This document shows, one piece after another, positions 26,550-36,689 of a DNA stretch of 38,836 nucleotides. Origin of the DNA: Clostridia bacterium (GTDB lineage Bacteria > Bacillota > Clostridia > Monoglobales > Firm-18); NCBI GenBank assembly GCA_045538345.1, contig JAZSRE010000178.1:1-38836 (forward strand). Reading direction: 5' to 3'. Numbering within the stretch: position 1 is the first letter of the stretch; the number at the start of each line of letters is the position of its first letter. The notes under the pieces were generated by a model. That model was not told the origin of the DNA, made no database searches, and saw only the letters and a list, made by a program, of their open reading frames with translations. The position numbers and the translations under genes were made by a program.

Positions 26550-26578
26550 TTGAGATTTTTGAAAAAATATAGTATATT
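26550..26578 (+). promoter_or_regulatory. Candidate sigma-A promoter for cca
   Basis: TTGAGA (26550-26555), a 17-nt spacer, then TATATT (26573-26578). The leader would be very short, since GGAGG sits at 26587-26591, so confidence is low. Confidence 0.35.
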
Positions 26579-26598
26579 ATAATAAAGGAGGTGGCGGT

Positions 26599-27747
26599 TT
26601 GAAGATTGTGATACCCGAATATGTAAAAAAAGTTATGGATACTCTTGATAGAAATGGATATGAGGCTTTTGTTGTAGGCGGTGCTGTACGTGATGCAATG
26701 CTTGGGGAAAATCCTGATGACTGGGATGTTACAACAAACGCAGTTGTACAAGATATAAAAAAATGTTTTCCACGCCACTTTGATACAGGGATAAAGCACG
26801 GCACAATAACTGTGCTTACAGATGAAAAACCTGTAGAGGTTACAACCTACCGAATAGACGGAAAATACAAAGATAATCGTCGTCCTGAAAGCGTTGACTT
26901 TACGACTGATATAAGGGAAGACTTAAAACGCCGTGATTTTACGGTAAATGCAATGGCGTATAGCGATAAATTGGGGCTTGTGGATTTGTATGGCGGTGTG
27001 GATGATTTAAATAATAAAATTATCCGATGTGTTGGAGATGCAGATACTCGCTTTTTGGAGGATGCACTTCGTATTATGCGAGCAATACGTTTTGCAATAA
27101 GACTTGGCTTTGAAATAGAAAATAAAACCTTTGAGGCAATTAATAGAAACAGACATCTGCTTGAAAACATAAGTGCGGAGCGAATACAGGTTGAGTTTTT
27201 GAAAATGCTTGAAGCGGACAGTGATTTGGGGTTGCTTTTTGAAAGTGGGGTTGCCAAGGTTATAATTCCTGAGGTGGATTTTGAAAAAATAATACTTAGT
27301 GTACCTTGCGATAAAGAAATTAAACTTTCAGCTTTGCTTTACGATGTACGTGATGCAAGGGATATTTTTAATCGTCTTAAGTTTGATAATGAAACTAAAA
27401 ACAATGTTTTAAAAATAATACAATGTGCAAATTCGGATTTTGAGTGTACAAAATACGATATTAAAAAAATGCTTAATAAGTATGGTGAAGCTATTTTTGA
27501 AAAAGCATTAATTTTAAAAGACGTATACGGTAAATGTCCTTGTGAGTATAAAGCTGTATTTGATAAGGTAAAAGAAGAACCTTATAGTTTAAAACATCTT
27601 GCCGTAACAGGTAACGACGTAATGGAAGCAGGAATATGGGGTACAGAGGTCGGCAGGGTTATGAATGACCTTTTAGATATGGTTATGCAAAACCCAAATC
27701 TTAACAAAAAGGAAAAACTAAAAGAATTGATACTGGAAATAAAATAA
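26599..27747 (+). CDS. cca: CCA-adding enzyme / poly(A) polymerase-family tRNA nucleotidyltransferase
   Basis: Class II nucleotidyltransferase head motifs GGAVRDAMLG, DWDVTT and RRDFTVNAMA. The start is TTG, with AAGGAGGTG 5 nt upstream. Confidence 0.8.
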   Translation: MKIVIPEYVKKVMDTLDRNGYEAFVVGGAVRDAMLGENPDDWDVTTNAVVQDIKKCFPRHFDTGIKHGTITVLTDEKPVEVTTYRIDGKYKDNRRPESVDFTTDIREDLKRRDFTVNAMAYSDKLGLVDLYGGVDDLNNKIIRCVGDADTRFLEDALRIMRAIRFAIRLGFEIENKTFEAINRNRHLLENISAERIQVEFLKMLEADSDLGLLFESGVAKVIIPEVDFEKIILSVPCDKEIKLSALLYDVRDARDIFNRLKFDNETKNNVLKIIQCANSDFECTKYDIKKMLNKYGEAIFEKALILKDVYGKCPCEYKAVFDKVKEEPYSLKHLAVTGNDVMEAGIWGTEVGRVMNDLLDMVMQNPNLNKKEKLKELILEIK

Positions 27748-27802
27748 TGTTGCAAATAACGGCTTTTTGTGATAAAATTTAAAGCAGAAAGGGTGTGAGG
27801 TT

Positions 27803-28237
27803 ATGAACCAACTTGTTATTGTGTGGCTTGCAGCGGCGATTGCATTTGGCGTTTTGGAATTAATTACAGCCCCGCTTGTTTGTATATGGTTTTGTGGGGG
27901 TGCTCTTGCGGCGGCTTTGACTTCGGTATTTACACAGTCTGTGTTTGTTACCGCAACGGTGTTTGTGGTTGTTTCCGCCTTGTTATTGGTTTTTACTCGT
28001 CCGCTTATTAAAAGCAGAGTTGCACCTAAAATTCAGCCAACTAATGCAGACCGCATTATAGGTAAGGAGGCAATTGTTGTTGAAACAATTGACCCTGTTG
28101 AAAATAAGGGGCAGATTAAGGTAGACGGCCAGGTTTGGTCTGCAAAATGTGAATATCCTTTGAAAATGGGAGAAAGAGTGGTTATATCCTCCATTGAAGG
28201 GGTAAAAGCAGTTGTTAAAACAGTTGTTAAAAAATAA
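27803..28237 (+). CDS. NfeD-family membrane protein
   Basis: Hydrophobic N-terminal half plus a C-terminal OB-fold pattern (GKEAIVVETI...GQIKVDGQVWSAK...GERVVISSIEG). It lies directly upstream of an SPFH gene, the canonical pairing. Confidence 0.8.
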   Translation: MNQLVIVWLAAAIAFGVLELITAPLVCIWFCGGALAAALTSVFTQSVFVTATVFVVVSALLLVFTRPLIKSRVAPKIQPTNADRIIGKEAIVVETIDPVENKGQIKVDGQVWSAKCEYPLKMGERVVISSIEGVKAVVKTVVKK

Positions 28238-28253
28238 AGGAGGTCTATGATTT

Positions 28254-29168
28254 ATGATTTTGCTTATAATTTTAGTTTTGCTTATAGTATTGATTATTTC
28301 AAATATACGTATAGTTCCTCAGGCTGAAGCCTATGTTGTGGAAAGGCTTGGGGCATATCACGCAACATGGGGCGTAGGTCTTAATGTAAAAATTCCTTTT
28401 ATTGACAGGATTGAAAAAAGGGTTACATTAAAAGAACAGGTTGTAGACTTTAAACCTCAGCCGGTTATTACAAAGGATAATGTTACAATGCAGATTGATA
28501 CTGTTGTATATTTTCAGATTACCGATCCTAAGCTTTATACTTATGGGGTAGATTATCCGATGAGTGCTATTGAAAACCTTACTGCAACAACCTTGCGTAA
28601 CATAGTAGGTGACCTTGAACTTGACCAGACACTTACATCACGTGATACTGTAAATACAAAGATGCGTTCAATTCTTGATGAGGCCACTGACCCTTGGGGC
28701 ATTAAGATAAACAGGGTTGAACTTAAAAACATTTTGCCTCCGAGAGAAATTCAGGATGCAATGGAAAAGCAGATGAAGGCGGAACGAGAAAGACGTGAAG
28801 CAATCCTTCGTGCTGAGGGTGAAAAACGCTCTGCAATCCTTGTTGCCGAAGGTCAGAAAGAAGCGCAGATTTTAAGTGCACAGGCTGATAAGGAAGCTGC
28901 GATATTACTTGCTGAAGCTAAGAAGGAAGCGCAGATTAAAGAGGCAGAAGGTCAGGCAGAGGCAATTTTAAAGGTACAGGAGGCTACTGCTGAGGGTATC
29001 AGAAGAATAAACGAAAGCAATCCGCAAAATGGCGTATTGACTATAAAGGCACTGGAAGCGCTTGAAAAGGTTGCAGATGGTAAATCAACAAAAATAATAA
29101 TTCCTTCAGAAATTCAAGGTATAGCAGGACTTGCCGCAAGTCTTAAGGAATTTGTAAAAGAAGACTAA
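28254..29168 (+). CDS. SPFH/band-7 (stomatin-like) protein
   Basis: N-terminal anchor, then the SPFH core (IVPQAEAYVVERLGAY..., TKDNVTMQIDTVVYFQITDP) and an Ala/Glu-rich coiled-coil tail. Confidence 0.85.
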   Translation: MILLIILVLLIVLIISNIRIVPQAEAYVVERLGAYHATWGVGLNVKIPFIDRIEKRVTLKEQVVDFKPQPVITKDNVTMQIDTVVYFQITDPKLYTYGVDYPMSAIENLTATTLRNIVGDLELDQTLTSRDTVNTKMRSILDEATDPWGIKINRVELKNILPPREIQDAMEKQMKAERERREAILRAEGEKRSAILVAEGQKEAQILSAQADKEAAILLAEAKKEAQIKEAEGQAEAILKVQEATAEGIRRINESNPQNGVLTIKALEALEKVADGKSTKIIIPSEIQGIAGLAASLKEFVKED

Positions 29169-29186
29169 AGAAAAGGAAGTAAAAAG

Positions 29187-29927
29187 ATGTCAGGACATAG
29201 TAAATGGGCAACAATTAAGAGAAAAAAAGGTGCAAATGATGCACAAAGAGGTAAAATTTTTACAAAGCTTGGAAGAGAGCTTGCAGTAGCGGTTAAAACT
29301 GGTGGAAGTCCGGACCCTGCTGTAAATTCAAGACTTAAGGACGTTATTGCAAAATGTAAGTCCAACAATATGCCTAATGATACAATTATGAGAAGTATTA
29401 AAAAGGCATCCGGTGAGGGTAGTGCAAATAATTACGAAGAAAATGTATATGAAGGTTATGGTCCTAACGGTGTGGCCGTTATTGTAGAAACTCTAACAGA
29501 CAACAAAAACCGTACCGCATCAGATATGCGTCATTATTTTGATAAATTTGGAGGCAATCTTGGTACAAGCGGTTGCGTAATGTTTATGTTTGATAAAAAA
29601 GGCATTATCCTTATTGAAAACAACGGCAGTCTTGATGAAGAACAGGTTATGATGGATGCCTTAGTGGCAGGGGCAGATGATGTTGAGGCTAATGAAGATG
29701 GCTTTGAAATTACAACAGACCCTAATAATGTTTCAAATGTAAGTGAAGCATTAGAAGGTATGGGTTATATAATTGCACAGGCAGAAGCACAGTTTGTGCC
29801 ACAGACAGAAACAGCACTTACTGACGAGCACGATATTTTGATGATGAATAAACTTATTGAGCATCTGGAAGATAGTGACGACGTACAAAATGTATGGCAC
29901 AACTGGGAAAATCCAACAGAAATTTAG
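29187..29927 (+). CDS. yebC: YebC/PmpR-family DNA-binding transcriptional regulator
   Basis: The family N-terminus MSGHSKWATIKRKKGANDAQRGKIFTKL is highly conserved and diagnostic. At 246 aa it is full length. Confidence 0.9.
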   Translation: MSGHSKWATIKRKKGANDAQRGKIFTKLGRELAVAVKTGGSPDPAVNSRLKDVIAKCKSNNMPNDTIMRSIKKASGEGSANNYEENVYEGYGPNGVAVIVETLTDNKNRTASDMRHYFDKFGGNLGTSGCVMFMFDKKGIILIENNGSLDEEQVMMDALVAGADDVEANEDGFEITTDPNNVSNVSEALEGMGYIIAQAEAQFVPQTETALTDEHDILMMNKLIEHLEDSDDVQNVWHNWENPTEI

Positions 29928-29934
29928 TTGGCTA

Positions 29935-29968
29935 AGAAAAACATCCATTAGTGATGTTTTTCTTTTTT
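29935..29968 (+). terminator. Intrinsic terminator after yebC
   Basis: Perfect 11-bp stem: AGAAAAACATC (29935-29945) pairs with GATGTTTTTCT (29953-29963). The loop is 7 nt and TTTTT follows. Confidence 0.75.
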
Positions 29969-30016
29969 AATACTGATATTTTAATAAAAAATACAAAAAT
30001 GAATATATAATTATAT

Positions 30017-31464
<1,448 letters not shown>

Positions 31465-31472
31465 TAAAAAAC

Positions 31473-31501
31473 AAAAAGGACGGCGGCTGCCGTCCTTTTT
31501 T
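31473..31501. terminator. Bidirectional intrinsic terminator between gdhA and dnaI
   Basis: AAAAAGGACGGC, a GGCT loop, then GCCGTCCTTTTT. The GC-rich stem is flanked by an A-run and a T-run, so it can work in both directions. Confidence 0.8.
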
Positions 31502-31508
31502 ATTTTGT

Positions 31509-32495
31509 TTATGATTTTATCCTAAGGTCGTTACCAAAGAATGGTATTGTTTCAAAATTACCTAAAATTCTTGAAGATATTCTTTGTGAATATGTGGTTT
31601 CAAGTTGAGATGGTGTAAGGTTTGTGCTTATAATCATATATTTTTTTTCGTTTATACGTGTGTTGATAATATCAAAAAGAATACTGTCTATATACTGCGT
31701 GCGGAATTCTGTACCCAAATCGTCAATTATAAGCAGGTCAACTTCTGAAATGTAGTCTATAATCCTTTTTGCTTCTGCAGTTGTATTTCTTCCGAATTTA
31801 TAATCCTCAAATATAGAAAAAAGCCTTGGTGCAGAGGTGTAATAAACATCTTTGCCGTTTTTTATAAATTCTTTTGCAATACAGTCGGATGTAAATGTTT
31901 TTCCAAGGCCTGTGCTTCCATAAAATAACATTTGCCTTGAAACGGAATCATCTAATTTTGCATATTTAACTGCTGTTTCGTAAATGCTCTTTGCATTTTC
32001 GCGAGGTGTTGCATTGTCAAATTCACTATCAGGCACATTGGAGTATAACTTGATGTTGAATTTGTCAAAACTATGCATTTTATCTGCACATATATTTGAC
32101 CTTTTCTGCATAACTTTTTGTACCTTGTCGTAGTAACATTTGCACCATTTGTTGTCAACTACACCTTTGTCCATACATTTAGTGCAAGTATATATTTCGT
32201 TCATAAAATCTTCGGGCATACCTGCATCCGTTAAAAGCTTGGCCTTTTCTTTGGAAAGGCTTTCTGTTTTTACTCTTAAATCTTCAATTATTTTTTCATG
32301 ATTTGCACTGTTTTCCAAAAGAAGCTTACAAGCTTTAAGAGAAACTTTTGAAAGCATTTCATCAATTTCCTTTATTCTTGGAATGTGAATGTATATTTGT
32401 TCTTTGTTATTTTTGTGTATAGCCTCGTTTTTGGAACGTATAATTTCATATTCGCGCATTACCTCGTTGTGAATATCACTTTTGAAATTATCCAT
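31509..32495 (-). CDS. dnaI: Helicase loader, DnaI/DnaC-type AAA+ ATPase
   Basis: Walker A YGSTGLGKTF, Walker B LLIIDDLG, and an N-terminal Cys cluster (CTKCMDKG...WCKCY) like the DnaI zinc-binding domain. It overlaps the upstream DnaD-domain gene by 8 nt. Confidence 0.75.
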   Translation of the reverse strand: MDNFKSDIHNEVMREYEIIRSKNEAIHKNNKEQIYIHIPRIKEIDEMLSKVSLKACKLLLENSANHEKIIEDLRVKTESLSKEKAKLLTDAGMPEDFMNEIYTCTKCMDKGVVDNKWCKCYYDKVQKVMQKRSNICADKMHSFDKFNIKLYSNVPDSEFDNATPRENAKSIYETAVKYAKLDDSVSRQMLFYGSTGLGKTFTSDCIAKEFIKNGKDVYYTSAPRLFSIFEDYKFGRNTTAEAKRIIDYISEVDLLIIDDLGTEFRTQYIDSILFDIINTRINEKKYMIISTNLTPSQLETTYSQRISSRILGNFETIPFFGNDLRIKS

Positions 32496-33396
32496 TTATA
32501 TCACCTTCTTTGCTTTTTGCAAGTCTTTTTCTAAGGGCCTCAAGTTCAAGCTTTTTATAATCTATGTTTGAACGTGGCTGAAAATTATTGAATTTAGTTG
32601 CCTTTGGAGTAGAAACAGTTTCTCTGCTTAATGATGCGGGATTTTTTTGTTCCTTCCAGTTTTCTAAAATTGCATTTATATACTTGGCGGAAAATTTGCC
32701 TGTTCGCTCAATGCATATTTCATAAGCCTTTAGCAACTGTTCTTTTGTTGGTTTTAGGTTAGTACACCAACTTGAAATTATGCCTTTTTCCGTAGAAATA
32801 AAGTTTCTTTCAAGACCAAAAAGCTTTTTAAGCCGAGCCTCGTATGAAAGTTCCCGTTCAAGACTGTTAAAGTATTCTTCTGCTTCCTCAAAAGTAAATA
32901 TTCCCTTTTCGGAAAGGTCAAAAGCCAATTTTTCAATATATTTCATATTGCATTTATCTTTGGATTTTGCATAATTAAGCATTAAAATAATTGTCGCAGA
33001 ACTCATAGCAAGGTCATTATATATCCAGTAAAGAGTTTGCTGGTTGTTGGGAGATAAAACCTTGCACATAATTTTTTCGGTTTCCTCAAATAAAATGGCA
33101 AGTTCTTTGTCTGAAGCGGCAAACTGAGCAATATCACCTGAAGAATATTTGCTTTTTTCCGCTTTGGGCGGGAATTTTTTTGTGGTAAAAATATCAAAGC
33201 CCAATTCACACCAATATGCTATGGAGTCATTTACGGTATCGATTTTTAAATTAAGGGCAGATGCAATAGTTTGTGCATCAACTGATGCTCCATTATCCTT
33301 GTGGCGGAATGCATACAGGTATACCATTGCATATTCCGGTTTTGTTTTTAATATGTAATTGTCTACAAAATCCAAAGGTAATTTCAAATCCTGCAA
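32488..33396 (-). CDS. DnaD-domain replication initiation / helicase co-loader protein (DnaB/DnaD family of Firmicutes)
   Basis: Two DnaD/DnaB_2-like repeats are present (…QTLYWIYNDLAMSSATIILMLNYA…, …KYINAILENWKEQ). The start is TTG 33396, with AGGAGG (33409-33404) 7 nt upstream. It is paired with dnaI as in the Bacillus dnaB-dnaI operon. Confidence 0.7.
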   Translation of the reverse strand: MQDLKLPLDFVDNYILKTKPEYAMVYLYAFRHKDNGASVDAQTIASALNLKIDTVNDSIAYWCELGFDIFTTKKFPPKAEKSKYSSGDIAQFAASDKELAILFEETEKIMCKVLSPNNQQTLYWIYNDLAMSSATIILMLNYAKSKDKCNMKYIEKLAFDLSEKGIFTFEEAEEYFNSLERELSYEARLKKLFGLERNFISTEKGIISSWCTNLKPTKEQLLKAYEICIERTGKFSAKYINAILENWKEQKNPASLSRETVSTPKATKFNNFQPRSNIDYKKLELEALRKRLAKSKEGDING

Positions 33397-33471
33397 AATG
33401 CATCCTCCTTTTATAGTGTCTTATTTACAGTTTATCACAAATTTTGCGTCGTGTAAATAACAACTTTTCTA

Positions 33472-33499
33472 TTGCATTTTTTTGGAGGTAAGGTATAAT
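33472..33499 (+). promoter_or_regulatory. Candidate sigma-A promoter for comEC-holA
   Basis: TTGCAT (33472-33477), a 16-nt spacer, then TATAAT (33494-33499), about 25 nt upstream of the comEC ATG. Confidence 0.5.
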
Positions 33500-33524
33500 A
33501 TAATTTGTCGAAGGAGGGAGAATA

Positions 33525-35567
33525 ATGTATTTTTATGCTATAATGATATTGTGTATTTTGTTTGGCTGCTTTTGTTCTTTAACCTTTGATATAACAAGTT
33601 TGCTTGGAATTTTAGTTTCTGTATGTTTTATCTTTGCAATAAAAATTATTGTTTTTAGAAAAAAGAGCTTTTTAAATATTTTGACCTTGGTATTGATTAT
33701 GGCGTTTTCTTTGGGCGTATTTATGGGGGCTTTTCATTATTGGAAAACCTTTCGGGATGTTGATATGCTTTATGGTACCAAAGTTAATATTGAGGGAGTA
33801 GTTACAGACCAAGGCAATAAATTTTTTGAGTTAAAAACGGTAGATAAAATATATACAATATATAATTTTGGAGAAGATATTCCAAAAGTGAATGAATATG
33901 TAGCGGTAGAAGGGGTTTTGCAAAGGCATTCTGTTGCTCCTTATCCTGGCGGTTTTAACAGCCGTCTATATAATGCACTTGATGGTAATGTAGGGTACCT
34001 TACCTGTGATAAGGTTGAAGTGAAGGGTGAGGTTAGGAAAGCTGATTTAGGGGTCAGTGTAAGAAATTTTATTAAAGACAGGGTTATGCTATTTAAAACA
34101 TCTGAACAAGTCAAAGGGTTTATAATAGCTGTACTTATCGGTGATAAGGATTATCTTGATGATGGCACAGCTAATGATTTTGCCTTAAGCGGAATATCAC
34201 ACATTGTTGCAATATCGGGTTTGCATGTGGGAATTTTCCTTTCATTATTTCTTGGAATTTCCAGGGTTTTTAGCAAAAAGAAGATTGCTAAATTTGTTTT
34301 TGCGTTGTTATTGGTTTTGGCATATACACTTGTAGTTGGAGGAAGAGCCTCCGTTATACGAGCAGGTATAATGGCTGTTTTGAGTGTTGGTTTTCTTTGC
34401 TTTAGAAAGAGAAGTGATTCGGTTATAAACCTTTCAACCGCAGGGCTTATAATTTGTATAATAAATCCGTTTTATGTGGCAAATCCGGGGTTTATTCTTT
34501 CTTTTGTTGCTACATTTATCATAGTGTTTTATGCCGAATTTTTAAAAGCAAAATGGTTTACAATTCCATTAATCGTATGGGTTATGATGTTGCCCCTTAG
34601 CATATATTATTGCAATGTTTTTTCTTTGGAAACTGTTTTTGTAAATGTAATTGCCATACCTTTAATGCCGTTTTTAGTGCTTTTTGGTTATGTGGGGTGT
34701 GTTGTACCTTTTGTTTCTTGCTATGCCAGCGCAGTTGCTAAAATAATACTAAATTTGGCGGGCTATTTTGCATCAATTGACTGGTTGCATATTTACCTGC
34801 CGTCTACCAAGCCATATCAGTTTGTGGTATGGGTGATTTTACTAATTGCTTTTTATATGGTTTTACGAAAAAAGTCCATGATTTTAATATGTAGTATGTT
34901 TCTTTTGTCGGTTAGTGTTTTTGTAAATGGGGCGTTTATAAGCACGGCAGATGATACAAACAAAATTTCGGTAAATTTTATAAATTGTGGAAATTTCAAT
35001 ATGCAACACATCCAAACCGATTGTGGAAATAATATTCTTATAAACTGTTCGGAAGATGCTTGTGAATATGCTCTTAAGTACGGGATAAAAGAGATTTACA
35101 GTGTTATAATTACAAAAAGCACACCCTCGCATACAAAAGGCCTTGAAAAACTTTGCCAAAGGTATGATGTCAAATATGCTATACTACCTGATGGTATGAA
35201 CATAAAAAATTTGAACCTTGAAAAAACAGAGGTTTTATATTATAATTACAATAGTTGTAATTTTAAAACAGACAGCGTGGAATTTAACTTTACCAAGCGA
35301 GGGGATAGCCGTTGTTTGCTTGTTAAAACTTTTGATGATATAATTGCAATTCCTGTGGATAAAAAACTCGAAAATATAGGAGCATATACGGTTGTGTGCG
35401 TGCCTTACGAGGCTGAAGGTATTGGTGAATTTTCTGCGGAATATTGTATTTATTCAACAGATAAAAATACAATATGTGAACTTGGCAATAAATATATAAC
35501 GTCTGTTGATGGAATGGTACGAATGATTTTTGAAAAAGATCGGGAGCCTTTGATATCGATATATTGA
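33525..35567 (+). CDS. comEC: DNA internalization-related competence protein ComEC/Rec2
   Basis: N-terminal TM and OB-like region, then the competence-domain motif LSGISHIVAISGLHVGIF within a polytopic core. There is a C-terminal beta-lactamase-like region, discussed in the findings. holA follows, as in Bacillus. Confidence 0.85.
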   Translation: MYFYAIMILCILFGCFCSLTFDITSLLGILVSVCFIFAIKIIVFRKKSFLNILTLVLIMAFSLGVFMGAFHYWKTFRDVDMLYGTKVNIEGVVTDQGNKFFELKTVDKIYTIYNFGEDIPKVNEYVAVEGVLQRHSVAPYPGGFNSRLYNALDGNVGYLTCDKVEVKGEVRKADLGVSVRNFIKDRVMLFKTSEQVKGFIIAVLIGDKDYLDDGTANDFALSGISHIVAISGLHVGIFLSLFLGISRVFSKKKIAKFVFALLLVLAYTLVVGGRASVIRAGIMAVLSVGFLCFRKRSDSVINLSTAGLIICIINPFYVANPGFILSFVATFIIVFYAEFLKAKWFTIPLIVWVMMLPLSIYYCNVFSLETVFVNVIAIPLMPFLVLFGYVGCVVPFVSCYASAVAKIILNLAGYFASIDWLHIYLPSTKPYQFVVWVILLIAFYMVLRKKSMILICSMFLLSVSVFVNGAFISTADDTNKISVNFINCGNFNMQHIQTDCGNNILINCSEDACEYALKYGIKEIYSVIITKSTPSHTKGLEKLCQRYDVKYAILPDGMNIKNLNLEKTEVLYYNYNSCNFKTDSVEFNFTKRGDSRCLLVKTFDDIIAIPVDKKLENIGAYTVVCVPYEAEGIGEFSAEYCIYSTDKNTICELGNKYITSVDGMVRMIFEKDREPLISIY

Positions 35568-35581
35568 TTGGTGGTGGTAAA

Positions 35582-36568
35582 ATGATTAACGTAGCAAAAT
35601 TAAAACAACAGTTAAAGTGTGAAGAAATAAAAAATATATATTTGTTTACAGGTGAGGAAAAGTTTCTGATTGATATGTATGTGAAGAAAATTTCCGATAT
35701 GGTGATAAATGGAGGATTTAAGGAGTTTAATTATTGTTTTTACAATGAAGATAACGAAAGTTATGAATCTTTTGCAAATGATGTTGAATCATACCCCACT
35801 ATGGCAGAAAAGAAGATTATAATACTTAAAAATACAAAGTTTATAAAGCTTAAGGATTACCAGAAGCCACTTGCTGAAATTTTTGAAAACATTCCCGATT
35901 ATGCGGTAGTTATTATTGTAGAGGAAGAGCTGTCAAAAATTAAAAAGACTCTTTTGGATGTAATAAATAAAAAAGGCGAGGTTGTTGAATTTAAAAAACA
36001 AAGTGTGTCGGATTTGCGCGCGTGGATTTCTATGCAACTTTCGGCAAAGAAAAAGCAAATGAGTAATGTTGATGCGGAATATCTTATAAACCTTTGTGAG
36101 AGGTCTATGGAAAAATTGTTCGTAGAATGTGAAAAACTCAGTTCCTCAACAGAAGAAATGATAATTACACGTCAAATGGTAGATGAGCTTGTAAAGGTGC
36201 CTGTGCAGTACAGAGTTTTTGAAATGGCAGACCATCTGCTTAGCGGAAATACGGAAAATGCCTATAAAATTCTTAATGGTTTTAAAACAAACAAGGAACA
36301 ACCTATTGTTATTTTTATGAACATTTATAAACAACTTGCGGACCTTTATATGTTTCGCATTATGGGTGAGGAAGGGAAAAATGCGGCGGAGTTTCTTGCT
36401 CCTAACAGAAAGTGGCTTGCATCTAAACTTTCTGCAGAATCAAAGAGGTATCCGAAGGAAAAAATCAGAAACGGTATGAAAATCTGTGCAGAATATGATT
36501 TGCAGATAAAGTCTGGAATTTTAGATGGTTTTGCAGCACTTGAAATGATGATGGCAGAATTTTTTTGA
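35582..36568 (+). CDS. holA: DNA polymerase III delta subunit
   Basis: Starting at ATG 35582 gives MINVAKLKQQL...IYLFTGEEKFLID, the typical HolA N-terminal motif. The length and the position after comEC both fit. The ORF track starts at TTG 35564. Confidence 0.8.
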   Translation: MINVAKLKQQLKCEEIKNIYLFTGEEKFLIDMYVKKISDMVINGGFKEFNYCFYNEDNESYESFANDVESYPTMAEKKIIILKNTKFIKLKDYQKPLAEIFENIPDYAVVIIVEEELSKIKKTLLDVINKKGEVVEFKKQSVSDLRAWISMQLSAKKKQMSNVDAEYLINLCERSMEKLFVECEKLSSSTEEMIITRQMVDELVKVPVQYRVFEMADHLLSGNTENAYKILNGFKTNKEQPIVIFMNIYKQLADLYMFRIMGEEGKNAAEFLAPNRKWLASKLSAESKRYPKEKIRNGMKICAEYDLQIKSGILDGFAALEMMMAEFF

Positions 36569-36586
36569 TAAATTTTAAAAAAGTAC

Positions 36587-36615
36587 TTGCATTTTACAAA
36601 AATGTATGTTAGAAT
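36587..36615 (+). promoter_or_regulatory. Sigma-A type promoter for rplS
   Basis: TTGCAT (36587-36592), a 17-nt spacer ending in TGt, then TAGAAT (36610-36615). Confidence 0.55.
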
Positions 36616-36621
36616 ATAATG

Positions 36622-36689
36622 CGGTTTAAAACGGATAGTCCTCTGTGTACAAGGAGTATGCATGAATGTCTATGAAGAAAGGAAGATAT
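36622..36689 (+). promoter_or_regulatory. 5' leader of rplS, a candidate ribosomal-protein L19 autoregulatory leader
   Basis: About 68 nt lie between the predicted TSS and the L19 start. The leader contains an SD-like AAGGAG (36651-36656), a TCCT/AGGA mini-hairpin and an ATGCAT palindrome. L19 leaders are described upstream of rplS in low-GC Gram-positives, but I could not verify the consensus fold by eye. Confidence 0.3.

Noticed and set aside
26249-26553. Three ORF-track entries in the Na/Pi-cca gap (26249-26476 minus, 26280-26492 plus, 26341-26553 plus)
   Set aside because: None has an RBS, and all run through the terminator hairpin or promoter region. They are alternative frames of the Cys codon-rich stretch. 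The 59-aa minus-strand frame, with AAGGAGGA at the correct spacing, explains the region better.
31509-33396. The DnaD-domain plus DnaC/DnaI-like pair as a prophage or plasmid replication module
   Set aside because: No integrase, repressor, structural or other phage genes are nearby, and there are no flanking repeats. The pair is bracketed by gdhA and comEC-holA, with ordinary terminators and promoters. The arrangement matches the chromosomal dnaB-dnaI helicase-loader operon of Firmicutes.
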